Source: Enterobacteriaceae endosymbiont of Donacia provostii
GTDB taxonomy: Bacteria > Pseudomonadota > Gammaproteobacteria > Enterobacterales > Enterobacteriaceae
Direction of reading: 5' to 3'
DNA: 32,000 nucleotides
Assembly: GCF_012570145.1 (NCBI RefSeq)
Contig: NZ_CP046206.1
Coordinates: 92,324 to 124,323, forward strand
Below are positions 8,707 through 18,923 of this stretch, one piece after another. The notes below the pieces were generated by a model, which was not told where the DNA came from, did no database searches, and was given only the letters and a program-made list of their open reading frames with translations. How positions within the stretch are numbered: position 1 is the stretch's first letter; every line of letters begins with the position of its first letter. The translations under genes and the position numbers were made by a program.

Positions 8707-9993
8707 ATGATAAAAAAAAATAGAATAAATATTTTAGAAGAATTACAAAATCGTAATATTTTATATCAAGTTACTGATAAAAAAAAAATATCTGCAATTT
8801 TAAATAAAAAATATATTAATTTGTACTGTGGTTTTGATTTAACATCAGATAGTTTACATATAGGACATTTAATACAATTGTTTACATTAAAATATTTTCA
8901 GGAATTAGGTCATAAACCTATTATTTTATTAGGTGGTGCTACAAGTTTAATTGGTGATCCTAGTTTTAAATTAAAAAAAAGAAAAATAAATTCTATAGAT
9001 AATATTAATATATGGTTTCATAAAATTAGTATACAGATAAAAAAATTTTTAGATTTTAATTGTGGTAAAAATAGTGCAATTATTATTAATAATAATATCT
9101 GGTTTAATAAAATGAATATTTTGTATTTTTTAAATAAAATAGGAAAATATTTCCATATTAATCATATGATGAATAAAGATTTTATTAAAAATAGAATTTT
9201 AAATAATTCTACTGATGGAATTTCTTTTACAGAATTTTCTTATAGTTTATTACAATCTTATGATTTTGCTTATTTAAATAAAAATTTTGATGTTATCCTT
9301 CAATTAGGAGGTTCTGATCAGTGGGGTAATATTATATCAGGAATTAATTTAATAAAAAAAATGTATAAAAAAGAAGTTTTTGGAATAACAACTAATTTAA
9401 TTGTTAAAAATGATGGTACAAAATTTGGTAAAACAGAAAAAAAAACAATATGGTTAGATAAAAATAAAACTAGTTCATATGATTTTTTTCAATTTTGGTT
9501 AAATATTCCAGATTCATTAATTTATAAATTTTTATTTATGTTCACTAATTTAAAAACAAATATTATTAATAATTTTAAGAATAAAAAAAATAATATAAAA
9601 AATTATAGTCCTCAGTATTTACTTGCAGAATATATGACAAAAAGAGTACATGGAGAATATCATTTACTTTTATCTAAAAAAATAACAAATATATTATTTT
9701 ATAAACATTTTAATAATTTAACAGAAAATGATTTTTTAATATTATTAAAAAATATAAATAATATTATTTTAAATAATAATAAAGAATTTTCTTTACAAAA
9801 AATATTAATTTTAAGTAAATTTGCATCTTCTAATTCCCAAGCATACAGATTAATTCAATCTAATTCTATATATATTAATAATGAAAAAATATCAAAAACA
9901 TCATTTATATTAAACCAGTATTATAAAAAATTTAATCATTTTACTTTATTACGTAAAAGTAAAAAAAATTTTTGTTTAATTTATTGGAAATAA
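8707..9993 (+). CDS. tyrS: Tyrosyl-tRNA synthetase
   Basis: 428 aa with a HIGH motif (SLHIGHL), GGATSLIGDPS, a KMSKS-like KFGKT, and a C-terminal S4-like region. Confidence 0.95.
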   Translation: MIKKNRINILEELQNRNILYQVTDKKKISAILNKKYINLYCGFDLTSDSLHIGHLIQLFTLKYFQELGHKPIILLGGATSLIGDPSFKLKKRKINSIDNINIWFHKISIQIKKFLDFNCGKNSAIIINNNIWFNKMNILYFLNKIGKYFHINHMMNKDFIKNRILNNSTDGISFTEFSYSLLQSYDFAYLNKNFDVILQLGGSDQWGNIISGINLIKKMYKKEVFGITTNLIVKNDGTKFGKTEKKTIWLDKNKTSSYDFFQFWLNIPDSLIYKFLFMFTNLKTNIINNFKNKKNNIKNYSPQYLLAEYMTKRVHGEYHLLLSKKITNILFYKHFNNLTENDFLILLKNINNIILNNNKEFSLQKILILSKFASSNSQAYRLIQSNSIYINNEKISKTSFILNQYYKKFNHFTLLRKSKKNFCLIYWK

Positions 9994-10005
9994 ATAAAAT
10001 TCTTA

Positions 10006-10077
10006 TGCGTTCTAGAGGATTTGAACCTCTGACCTTCACCATGTCATAGTGATACTCTACCCCTGAGTTAAGAACGC
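10006..10077 (-). tRNA. tRNA-Val (anticodon GAC), no encoded 3' CCA
   Basis: Hand-folded cloverleaf on the minus strand: GCGTTCT/AGAACGC acceptor stem, ACTC/GAGT D-stem, TCACT/GGTGA anticodon stem with loop ATGACAT (U33, GAC, A37), and AGAGG-TTCAAAT-CCTCT T-arm. Total length is 72 nt. The region is a local GC island. Confidence 0.9.
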
Positions 10078-10120
10078 ATAAAATAATATTTACATATTAA
10101 AACATATTTATAGTATTTAA

Positions 10121-11458
10121 TCAATTTTTTTGTATTTTAATAATACGAAATATAATTAATATTGCTGCAATAGTTAATCCAATAATAAATCCTATCCAAA
10201 ATCCTTCTGGACCTATAGAATGTAAAATTAAATTTGTCATTGATAAAATATAACCAATAGGTAAACCTATTAACCAATAAGATATAAAAGTAATAATAAA
10301 AATAGATTTAGTATCTTTATAAGCTTTTAAAATACCACATCCTATAACTTGAATTGCATCTGAAAATTGATAAATTGATGCTAATAGTATTAATTTAGAT
10401 GATAAATTTATAATATTTTGATTGGGATTATATAAAGAAGCAATTTTTTTTTTTAAAAAAAGGCTTATTAATACAGTAAAAGTAGATACAATAATTCCTA
10501 TAATTTGTGAAATCCAACTAATTCTTTTAGCTTTATCTTTAAAACCTAAACCTAAATAAGATCCCATTAATATGGTTGTAGATATACTTAAAGATAATGG
10601 GATTATAAATATTAAAGAACTAAAATTTTGTGCTATTTGATGACTAATAATACTTTCAATACCCATTGAAGAAATAAATAAAGAAACAACTGTAAATAAT
10701 GTAACTTCAATAAAAATAGATAATCCTATAGGAATACCTAACCTTAATAATTTTTTTAAAATTTTTATATTAGGTTTATTAAATAAACTAAAATAATTTT
10801 TATTATTAAATTTTTTTGAACTATACATCCATATCATAGTTATTATTGTTAATAACCAATATATTAATACTATAGATAATCCACATCCTAATATACCTAG
10901 TGGAGGTATATAATAAAAACCATAAATAAAAATATAATTAATTGGTATATATAGTATTATCCCGATCCAACTAATTATCATATCAGGTATGATTAATGAA
11001 AATGAAATACATATACAACGTAATATTTGTAATAATAAATAACCAGGAATACTCCACATAATAATTTTTAAAAAAATTACTATTTTTGTAATTAAAATTT
11101 TATTTTTCAATAATAAAGATACAAAAAAATTAATTTTATATAAAATTAATATCATTATACAGGATAAAATTATTGATAATAAATATGACTGTTGTATATA
11201 TTCTATAATTTTTTTTTGTTTTTTTAAACCATTTAATTTTGTGATAATAGGTATTAAAGATAAAAAAATACCATGACAAAATAATAATAAAGGTAACCAT
11301 ATTGATATACCTATTGATATTACAGCCATATCGTTCTTATTAAAAGAACTTGATATAATCATATTAATAATACTAATTAAAAGATAAGCTAATTGTGTTA
11401 GCATTATGGGTATAGCAATATTAAATAATTTTTTTATTTCAATTAAATATTGATGCAC
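10121..11458 (-). CDS. mdtK: MATE-family multidrug/sodium efflux transporter (NorM/MdtK/YdhE)
   Basis: 445-aa polytopic membrane protein, collinear with E. coli MdtK (e.g. DMAVISIGISIWLPLLLF, HQIAQNFSSLIFIIPLS, YQFSDAIQVIGCGILKAYKDT, GPEGFWIGFIIGL). Confidence 0.9.
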   Translation of the reverse strand: MHQYLIEIKKLFNIAIPIMLTQLAYLLISIINMIISSSFNKNDMAVISIGISIWLPLLLFCHGIFLSLIPIITKLNGLKKQKKIIEYIQQSYLLSIILSCIMILILYKINFFVSLLLKNKILITKIVIFLKIIMWSIPGYLLLQILRCICISFSLIIPDMIISWIGIILYIPINYIFIYGFYYIPPLGILGCGLSIVLIYWLLTIITMIWMYSSKKFNNKNYFSLFNKPNIKILKKLLRLGIPIGLSIFIEVTLFTVVSLFISSMGIESIISHQIAQNFSSLIFIIPLSLSISTTILMGSYLGLGFKDKAKRISWISQIIGIIVSTFTVLISLFLKKKIASLYNPNQNIINLSSKLILLASIYQFSDAIQVIGCGILKAYKDTKSIFIITFISYWLIGLPIGYILSMTNLILHSIGPEGFWIGFIIGLTIAAILIIFRIIKIQKN

Positions 11459-11579
11459 ATATATCCTTTCTTTTTAAATATTAATTAAATTAATTTTACT
11501 TTTTGAAAATATAAAACTATTATTATATATATAATTATATAAATTTAAAATTATTTCTAATAAATAGAACGGATATTTT

Positions 11580-11891
11580 ATGCAAATTTTTGATAGAATC
11601 AAAAAACAAATTAATGATAATCACATTATTTTATATATGAAAGGTACTCCACAAAATCCTCAATGTGGTTTTTCCAATAAAGCAGTAAAAATTATTTTAC
11701 TTTATAAAGTAAAGTTCACTTATATTGATGTCTTAAAAGATTCAAATATCAGAATTTATTTACCTAAATATGCTGATTGGCCTACATTCCCCCAATTATG
11801 GGTTAATAAAAAATTAATAGGAGGTTGTGATATATTACATACATTACATATTAATAATAAATTAAAAAAAATTTTAAATTTTCAAAAATAG
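11580..11891 (+). CDS. grxD: Monothiol glutaredoxin (Grx4 type)
   Basis: 103 aa with the CGFS active site (GTPQNPQCGFSNKAVKIL) and WPTFPQLWVNKKLIGGCD. Confidence 0.93.
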   Translation: MQIFDRIKKQINDNHIILYMKGTPQNPQCGFSNKAVKIILLYKVKFTYIDVLKDSNIRIYLPKYADWPTFPQLWVNKKLIGGCDILHTLHINNKLKKILNFQK

Positions 11892-11925
11892 TTTATTTTA
11901 TATATAAAATATAATAATATTATTT

Positions 11926-12555
11926 TTATGGAGGCCATCCACCTTTAATTTTCCAATTATTAACTAATGCACAAAATAATTTAGCAGTGCGATCTGCATC
12001 ATATAAAGCAGAATGTGCTTGATTATTATCAAATGTGATACCAATAGTATGACATGATTTTGCAAGTACAGTTTGTCCTAAGATTAATCCACACATTGAT
12101 GCTGTATCAAATATTACAAAAGAATGAAATGGGTTATATTTTTCCATTTTATTTCTTTTAATAGATTCCATAACAAAACTATGATCAAAACTAGCATTAT
12201 GTGCAACTATTACTGCTTTTTTACATTTATTTATTTTTAAATCATTTTTAATTTTTTTAAAAATAATTTTTAAAACTTCTACCTCACTAATAGCACCTCT
12301 TAAAGGAGTATAAATATTAATTCCATTAAAATCTAAAGCATCTTGAGAAATACTAGAACCTTTAAAGGGGATTACATGAAAATGTAAAGTTTCATTTTTT
12401 TTTAACCATCCATTATCCATTTTTAATGTAATTAAACTTATTTCTAATATAGCATTATATTTAGGATTAAATCCTGAAGTTTCAATATCTATGACAACAG
12501 GATAAAATCCTCTAAATCTAAAAGATAATAAATTTAATTTTGATAAATTATTCAT
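11926..12555 (-). CDS. rnt: Ribonuclease T
   Basis: 209 aa with DEDDh exonuclease motifs (VVIDIETSGF, VAHNASFDHSF, HSALYDADRTAKLF). It neighbours grxD, as in E. coli. Confidence 0.92.
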   Translation of the reverse strand: MNNLSKLNLLSFRFRGFYPVVIDIETSGFNPKYNAILEISLITLKMDNGWLKKNETLHFHVIPFKGSSISQDALDFNGINIYTPLRGAISEVEVLKIIFKKIKNDLKINKCKKAVIVAHNASFDHSFVMESIKRNKMEKYNPFHSFVIFDTASMCGLILGQTVLAKSCHTIGITFDNNQAHSALYDADRTAKLFCALVNNWKIKGGWPP

Positions 12556-12739
12556 TTTAATTTTTAAATAATTAAATGTATTAAATAATAATATTATGTA
12601 AATTATTAAGTTATACTTTTATATAAAAAATTACAAGTATAAAATTTTTTATATATGTTTATATATTAAAAAAATATTTATATAATTAATGAAATTATTT
12701 TCATTAAAAGTAATTTTAGTTTAATTAAAGGCGATATAA

Positions 12740-13504
12740 ATGTTTACAAAAATAATTAAATTTAAACAAAATAATTTTTCATTTTATGTTATTTATTTAT
12801 ATAAAAATCAACCAGAACTTATATATAATGCAATTAAAAAAAAAATGCAGCATTCTCCTGTATTTTTTAAAAAAATATCAGTTATTGTTAATATTTATTA
12901 TATAAAAAATGAAATAAATTGGGAAAAAGTTTATAATGCTATTATTTCAACAGGAATTAATATTATAGGAGTTAGTGGATGTAATAATAAAAATACTATT
13001 AAAATTATAAATAATACTGGTATACCTGTTTTATTTACTAATAATAAAGATAATAAAAAAATTCAAAATATTGATATTAACGAAAAAAAAATAAATAATA
13101 ATATAATACCAAAATCTATTATTAAAACAATAAAAGAAAAAGGATCTTTATCTCTTAAGAAGGATGTTTTTTATAATAAAAGTAAAATTATTTATAATCC
13201 GATTAGATCTGGACAACAAATATATGCTTATAATAGTGATTTAATTGTTATAAATAATGTTAGTACAGGGGCTGAATTAATAGCTGATGGTAATATTCAT
13301 ATTTATGGTTTTATGAGGGGTAAAGCTTTATCTGGAGCTAATGGAGATAAAAATTGTCAAATTTTTTGTAATCAATTATTTGCTGAATTATTATCTATTG
13401 CTGGTGAATATTTACTTCAGGATCAAATTCCTAAAAAATTTTTAGGAAAATCATCAAGAATATATTTAAAAAATAAAACTGTAACAATAAAATCATGTAA
13501 TTAA
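12740..13504 (+). CDS. minC: Septum site-determining protein MinC
   Basis: 254 aa. The C-terminal beta-helix region (RSGQQIYAYNSDLIVINNVSTGAELIADGNIHIYG) is typical of MinC, and the gene lies upstream of minD and minE. Confidence 0.9.
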   Translation: MFTKIIKFKQNNFSFYVIYLYKNQPELIYNAIKKKMQHSPVFFKKISVIVNIYYIKNEINWEKVYNAIISTGINIIGVSGCNNKNTIKIINNTGIPVLFTNNKDNKKIQNIDINEKKINNNIIPKSIIKTIKEKGSLSLKKDVFYNKSKIIYNPIRSGQQIYAYNSDLIVINNVSTGAELIADGNIHIYGFMRGKALSGANGDKNCQIFCNQLFAELLSIAGEYLLQDQIPKKFLGKSSRIYLKNKTVTIKSCN

Positions 13505-13533
13505 TATTAAATTTATTATTAAGGAATTTTTTA

Positions 13534-14343
13534 ATGCGTATAATTGTTGTAACTTCTGGAAAAGGTGGAGTAGGGAAAACTACTTCTAGTGCAGCTATAG
13601 CAACTGGTTTAGCTAAACATGGTAAAAAAACTGCTGTTATCGATTTTGATATTGGATTACGTAATTTAGATCTAATTATGGGTTGTGAAAGAAGAGTTGT
13701 TTATGATTTTATTAATGTTTTACAAAAAGAAGCTACTTTAAATCAAGCTTTAATAAGAGATAAAAAACACAAAAATTTATATATTTTACCTGCTTCTCAA
13801 ACAAAAAATAAAGATGCACTTACATACAGTGGAGTAGAAACTATTTTAAAAAATTTAAATACTATGAATTTTGATTTTATAATATGTGATTCCCCAGCTG
13901 GAATTGAAACAGGTGCATTAACTGCGTTATATTTTGCAGATGAAGCTATTATTACCACTAATCCTGAAATTTCTTCTATTAGAGATTCTGATAGAATTTT
14001 AGGTATAATTTCATCACAGTCTAGAAGAGCAAAAAATGGAGAAGAACCTATTAAAGAATATTTATTACTTACACGTTATAATCCTATTAGAGTTGATTGT
14101 GGAGATATGTTAAGTATTGATGATATTGTTGAAATTTTAGGCATTAAAATAATAGGTGTTATTCCAGAAGATCCTTTAGTATTAAGAGCATCAAATCAAG
14201 GTAAAAGTATTATTTTACATGAAAATTCTAATGCTTCTTTAGCATATGATGATACAGTTAAACGTTTATTAGGAACTAAAATTCCTTTACGTTTTATTAA
14301 AAAAAAACAAAAGAATTTTTTGCAACGTTTATTTTGGAGATAA
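13534..14343 (+). CDS. minD: Septum site-determining ATPase MinD
   Basis: 269 aa with a deviant Walker A motif (SGKGGVGKTT) and a C-terminal amphipathic membrane-targeting helix (FLQRLFWR). Confidence 0.97.
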   Translation: MRIIVVTSGKGGVGKTTSSAAIATGLAKHGKKTAVIDFDIGLRNLDLIMGCERRVVYDFINVLQKEATLNQALIRDKKHKNLYILPASQTKNKDALTYSGVETILKNLNTMNFDFIICDSPAGIETGALTALYFADEAIITTNPEISSIRDSDRILGIISSQSRRAKNGEEPIKEYLLLTRYNPIRVDCGDMLSIDDIVEILGIKIIGVIPEDPLVLRASNQGKSIILHENSNASLAYDDTVKRLLGTKIPLRFIKKKQKNFLQRLFWR

Positions 14344-14344
14344 T

Positions 14345-14641
14345 ATGAATATTATTAATTTTTTTTTATCAAAAAAGAAAAAAACTGCTAATATTGCTAA
14401 AAAAAGATTACAGATTATTATATCTGAAGAATCAAAAAAAGGTTATATATATCCTTGTTATATAACAAAATTAAAAAAAGAAATATTAAAAGTAATTTCT
14501 AAATATACAAAAATAAATTCAAAAATGATTAATATAGAAATGGATGAAAAAAAAAAAAATATATCAACACTAGAACTAAATATAAAATTACCTAAAACAA
14601 AAAAAGATATTAAAAAAAAAATAGTAAATAAAATAATATAA
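14345..14641 (+). CDS. minE: Cell division topological specificity factor MinE
   Basis: 98 aa. MNIINFFLSKKKKTANIAKKRLQIII matches E. coli [26 protein letters not shown]. It carries a roughly 10-aa Lys-rich C-terminal extension. Confidence 0.93.
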   Translation: MNIINFFLSKKKKTANIAKKRLQIIISEESKKGYIYPCYITKLKKEILKVISKYTKINSKMINIEMDEKKKNISTLELNIKLPKTKKDIKKKIVNKII

Positions 14642-14654
14642 AAAATTATTTATT

Positions 14655-15338
14655 TTAATAAAATAAATTTTTTATATAGTTTATTTTATAATATTTTTTT
14701 ATTTTTTTTTTATTTAAAATAAAATTACTTATAATAGTAATAATATCTTCTGAAGAAGATATTTTCTTTTTTAGGAAAATAATTTGTAAATTTTTATTTA
14801 AATTTTTTTGAATATTATTTTTAATATGTGAATCTATGTTAGAAATTAATGCAAATTTTCCTTGTAATAAAATAATTTTTTTTAAACAATCATTATAATT
14901 TAATAAACATTCACTTTTTTTTCCTATCCATAAACCTTTATAATTTCTCTTATATATAGAAAAATATAATAAATTTTTATTACATTTTATTATAGATATA
15001 ACATTTCTAATGTTAGTTATTTTCCAAGATTGTTCAGCTAAAATCATTAAATGTGATACTCCTATCTTAGGAGTATTAAAAATATAAGAAATACTTTCTA
15101 TGACTGCTATACCTATTCTTAAACTAGTAAAGTTTCCTGGACCTAAATTATAACCTAATAAATTTAATTGAGATAGAGTAATATTATTCTCTTTTAAAAG
15201 ATTGTTCAGTAATTTTATTATATATTTTATATGAGAACAAGGAGAATATTGAATTTTATTATAAATAATATTATTCATTTTTAATGAAATTAAACAATAT
15301 TCAGTAGATGTATCAATTATTAAAATATTATTTTGCAT
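14655..15338 (-). CDS. tsaB: tRNA t6A37 threonylcarbamoyl-transfer protein TsaB (YeaZ)
   Basis: 227 aa. The N-terminus ILIIDTSTEYCLISL and GPGNFTSLRIGIAV are typical of the YeaZ/TsaB family. Confidence 0.85.
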   Translation of the reverse strand: MQNNILIIDTSTEYCLISLKMNNIIYNKIQYSPCSHIKYIIKLLNNLLKENNITLSQLNLLGYNLGPGNFTSLRIGIAVIESISYIFNTPKIGVSHLMILAEQSWKITNIRNVISIIKCNKNLLYFSIYKRNYKGLWIGKKSECLLNYNDCLKKIILLQGKFALISNIDSHIKNNIQKNLNKNLQIIFLKKKISSSEDIITIISNFILNKKKIKKYYKINYIKNLFY

Positions 15339-15570
15339 ATTAATATTAATTAAATATAAATTTATTGTTTAAAATAAAAATTATGTTATAATTTTACTGT
15401 TTAAGTAAAATTTAAAACCAGTCTTATTTAATTATAATATATTTTTCTGTAAAATAGAATGTTAAATTTTTTTATTTAATTAATTAATATTTTAAAAAAT
15501 TGATATATTAAAAATATAATTATTATTTTTTTACATAAAATAAATAATAATTATAATAAGGAATAAACTC

Positions 15571-16098
15571 ATGACAACAATAGTTAGTGTAAGGAGAAAT
15601 GATAATGTAGTTATTGGTGGTGATGGACAAGCAACCTTAGGTCATATTATAATGAAAGGAAATGTAAAAAAAATTCGTAAGTTATATAATGATACAGTAA
15701 TTGCTGGTTTTGCAGGTGGTACTGCAGATGCTTTTACTCTTTTTGAATTATTTGAACAAAAGTTAGAAATATATCAAGGAAATTTAATTAAATCTGCAGT
15801 TGAATTAGCAAAAGACTGGAGAACAGATCGTATTTTACGTAAATTAGAAGCATTATTAGTAATAGCAGATAAAATTACTTCTTTAATTATTACAGGTAGT
15901 GGTGATGTTATACAACCTGAAAATAATATAGTAACTATTGGTTCTGGGGGACCATATGCACAAGCTTCTGCTCGTGCTTTATTTGAAAATACAAATTTAA
16001 GTGCATATGAAATAGTAAAAAAATCTTTAAAAATAGCCGGAGATATCTGTATATATACTAATCATAATTTTACTATTGAAGAATTACCATCTAAATAA
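15571..16098 (+). CDS. hslV: ATP-dependent protease subunit HslV
   Basis: 175 aa. MTTIVSV, with the catalytic Thr immediately after the initiator Met, plus GDGQATLG and GSGGPYA. An AAGGA Shine-Dalgarno sequence lies upstream. Confidence 0.97.
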   Translation: MTTIVSVRRNDNVVIGGDGQATLGHIIMKGNVKKIRKLYNDTVIAGFAGGTADAFTLFELFEQKLEIYQGNLIKSAVELAKDWRTDRILRKLEALLVIADKITSLIITGSGDVIQPENNIVTIGSGGPYAQASARALFENTNLSAYEIVKKSLKIAGDICIYTNHNFTIEELPSK

Positions 16099-16122
16099 AT
16101 AATCATGAGGAAAACTCTTACT

Positions 16123-17442
16123 ATGTCTGAAATGACTCCTAAAGAAATTGTAAATGAATTAAATAAATTTATTATTGGACAAAAAAGTGCAAAAAAAGCA
16201 GTAGCGATAGCTTTAAGAAATCGTTGGCGTCGTATGCAACTAGATGAAAATTTAAGAGTAGAAGTAACACCTAAAAATATATTAATGATAGGACCTACAG
16301 GAGTAGGTAAAACAGAAATAGCACGTAGATTAGCAAAATTAGCTAATGCACCTTTTATTAAGGTAGAAGCAACTAAATTTACTGAAATTGGTTATGTAGG
16401 AAAAGAAGTTGATTCTATCATTCGTGATTTAACTGATGTTGCTATTAAAATGATAAGAATAAAAGCTTTTAACAAAAATTGTTATAGAGCAAAACAAATG
16501 GCAGAAGAAAGAATACTTAATGTATTAATACCTAATAAAAATAATTGGGATCAAAATGATAATCTTGAATCTATTCGTAAAAAACTAAAAGATAAATTAC
16601 AAAATGGGTTACTTAATAATCAAGAAATTGAAATTAATTTATCTAGTACTCCTATGGGTATTGAAATTATGGCTCCCCCAGGAATGGAAGAAATGACTAG
16701 TCAATTACAATCTTTATTTCAAAATTTAGGAAGTAATAAACAAAAAAAACGTAAATTAAAAATTAAAGATGCAATTAAATTATTAATAGAAGAAGAAGCT
16801 AATAAATTAGTTAATAATGAAGATATTAAACAAAAAGCTATAGAAGCAGTAGAACAAAATGGAATAGTTTTTTTAGATGAAATTGATAAAATCTGTCGAA
16901 GAAGTAATAATGTATCATCAGATATTTCTAGAGAAGGAGTACAAAGAGATTTATTACCTTTAGTAGAGGGATGTACAGTTTCTACAAAACATGGGATGGT
17001 TAAAACAGATCATATCTTATTTATTGCTTCAGGATCATTTCAAATATCTAAACCTTCTGACTTAATTCCTGAATTACAAGGTAGATTACCTATTAGAGTA
17101 GAATTAAAAGCACTAACTAGTAGTGATTTTGAAAGAATTCTTATAGAGCCTAATGCATCTATAACAGTTCAATATAAAGCTTTATTAGCTACAGAAAAAG
17201 TAGATATTGTTTTTACTAAAAATGGTATTAAAAAAATAGCAGAATCTGCTTGGAAAGTTAATGAAACAACAGAAAATATAGGAGCTAGAAGATTACATAC
17301 TGTACTTGAATATTTAATGTCAGATATTTCATATAATGCTAATGAATATAATAATAAATCAATTATTATTGATGAAAATTATGTTAGTAAACATCTCGAT
17401 TCACTCATTATTAATGAAGATATTAGTAGATATATTTTATAA
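16123..17442 (+). CDS. hslU: ATP-dependent protease ATPase subunit HslU
   Basis: Starting at ATG 16123 gives [20 protein letters not shown], matching the E. coli HslU N-terminus (MSEMTPREIV), with GAGGAAA 8 nt upstream. The ORF track starts 6 codons earlier at 16105, which is probably an over-extension. Walker A motif is [15 protein letters not shown]. Confidence 0.95.
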   Translation: MSEMTPKEIVNELNKFIIGQKSAKKAVAIALRNRWRRMQLDENLRVEVTPKNILMIGPTGVGKTEIARRLAKLANAPFIKVEATKFTEIGYVGKEVDSIIRDLTDVAIKMIRIKAFNKNCYRAKQMAEERILNVLIPNKNNWDQNDNLESIRKKLKDKLQNGLLNNQEIEINLSSTPMGIEIMAPPGMEEMTSQLQSLFQNLGSNKQKKRKLKIKDAIKLLIEEEANKLVNNEDIKQKAIEAVEQNGIVFLDEIDKICRRSNNVSSDISREGVQRDLLPLVEGCTVSTKHGMVKTDHILFIASGSFQISKPSDLIPELQGRLPIRVELKALTSSDFERILIEPNASITVQYKALLATEKVDIVFTKNGIKKIAESAWKVNETTENIGARRLHTVLEYLMSDISYNANEYNNKSIIIDENYVSKHLDSLIINEDISRYIL

Positions 17443-17541
17443 ATATAATTATATAAACTTTTATTTAAGAATTTTAAAATTTTAATTTTTAATTGTTTGT
17501 TTATAGAATATTATCTAAATCAGTAAATTTTTTTCTATAAA

Positions 17542-18150
17542 TTAAGAATTTCTAATTTTTAATATTCTAATAATATCTTTTAAATTAATATTTTTTATTT
17601 TTAATAAAATTATTAAATGATAAATTAAATCTGCTGTTTCTTGTATAGTTTCTTTTTTATTATTATCATTTGCAGCTATAATAGTTTCTATAGCTTCTTC
17701 TCCTACTTTTTGTGATATTCTTTTTATACCACTTTTGTATAATTTATAAGTATATGAAGATTCTGTAGAAGAATATTTTTTTTTATCTAAAATTTTTTCT
17801 AATAAATATAAAAAAGTAAAATCAGGTATTATTTTTGTTTTAAAACAACTATATTTGTCTAAATGACATGTATAATTTATTGGAATAACCAATATAAGAA
17901 TTGTGTCTTTATCACAATCAGTTGTAATTTTTTTAACATATAAAAAATTTCCTGTAGTTTCACCCTTAGTCCATATTTTATTTCTAGTTCTAGAAAAAAA
18001 AGTAACTTTTTTAGTTTTTAAAGTAGTAATTAAAGATTCTTTATTCATATAAGCATGCATAAGTATCTGTCCAGAAATTTTATGTTGTATAATAGTTGGA
18101 ATTAATCCATTTGTTTTAATCCAATCTAAATTATTTACTAAATTTAACAT
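17542..18150 (-). CDS. hisI: Bifunctional phosphoribosyl-AMP cyclohydrolase / phosphoribosyl-ATP pyrophosphatase (HisIE)
   Basis: 202 aa, collinear with E. coli HisI ([57 protein letters not shown]). The start overlaps the hisF stop. Confidence 0.95.
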   Translation of the reverse strand: MLNLVNNLDWIKTNGLIPTIIQHKISGQILMHAYMNKESLITTLKTKKVTFFSRTRNKIWTKGETTGNFLYVKKITTDCDKDTILILVIPINYTCHLDKYSCFKTKIIPDFTFLYLLEKILDKKKYSSTESSYTYKLYKSGIKRISQKVGEEAIETIIAANDNNKKETIQETADLIYHLIILLKIKNINLKDIIRILKIRNS

Positions 18151-18923
18151 ATTCTTACCTCAATATTTTTTTTATTTAAAAAATTTTTTAATTTTTTAAT
18201 ATTAATAATTTTTTTATGAAATACTGATGCAGCTAAAGCACCATCTATATTTATTTTTTCATGAAAAACATTATAAAAATCCTTCATAGAACCTGCCCCA
18301 CCAGATGCAATTAAAGGTATTTTACAAATTTTACGAATTTTTTTTAATTGTTTTAAATCATAACCATTACATAATCCATCTTGATTCATCATATTTAAAA
18401 CTATTTCACCAGCTCCTAACTCTTGAACATATTTTACCCATTCTGATGTTTCCCAATTAGTTATTTGAATATTTTTTTGATTACCAGTATATTTATAAAC
18501 ATAATATTTTTTAGTTTTCATGTTATACCAAGAATCTATACCTACAACAATACATTGTTTACCAAAATATTGTGATAGTTTTTTTATTAAAATAGGATTA
18601 TTTAATGCAGGAGTATTAATAGATATTTTTTCAGCTCCTAAAGATAATATTGAAGCAGCATCATTAATAGATTTAATACCCCCAGCTACACACATTGGAA
18701 TACTAATATTTTTAGAAATTTCTGATATCCATTTTTTATTTACTAATTTTTTATTTATTGAAGCAGTAATATCATAAAAAACTAATTCATCAGCTCCATC
18801 TTGATCATATCTTTGAGCTAAAGATAAAATATCACCTATAACATAATGATGTTTAAATTGTTTTCCCTTTACTACCATATTATTTTTTACATCTAGGCAG
18901 GGTATTATTCTTTTTGCCAACAT
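18144..18923 (-). CDS. hisF: Imidazole glycerol phosphate synthase cyclase subunit HisF
   Basis: 259 aa. [12 protein letters not shown] is identical to the E. coli HisF N-terminus. It is a TIM-barrel protein of the HisA/HisF family. Confidence 0.97.
   Translation of the reverse strand: MLAKRIIPCLDVKNNMVVKGKQFKHHYVIGDILSLAQRYDQDGADELVFYDITASINKKLVNKKWISEISKNISIPMCVAGGIKSINDAASILSLGAEKISINTPALNNPILIKKLSQYFGKQCIVVGIDSWYNMKTKKYYVYKYTGNQKNIQITNWETSEWVKYVQELGAGEIVLNMMNQDGLCNGYDLKQLKKIRKICKIPLIASGGAGSMKDFYNVFHEKINIDGALAASVFHKKIINIKKLKNFLNKKNIEVRIC

Noticed and set aside
15339-15570. Search for a sigma-32 heat-shock promoter, small ORFs or an ncRNA in the largest spacer (tsaB/hslV, 232 nt)
   Set aside because: There is no CTTGAA...CCCCAT-like pair. 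The -35/-10-like hexamers (TTGATA, TATAAT) occur at non-functional spacing and are expected by chance in this composition. The only ATG-initiated frames are 2-6 codons long. I could not identify any G/C-containing structure suggestive of a structured RNA.
16105-16122. Six extra N-terminal codons (MRKTLT) on hslU in the ORF track
   Set aside because: The downstream ATG at 16123 reproduces the canonical HslU N-terminus (MSEMTP...). The extension itself contains the likely Shine-Dalgarno sequence (GAGGAAA). I therefore treat it as a longest-ORF artefact rather than a real extension.
18520-18777. 85-aa ORF on the plus strand, antisense to hisF
   Set aside because: It is a shadow ORF inside a strongly conserved gene. 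It has no Shine-Dalgarno sequence and no recognisable motif.
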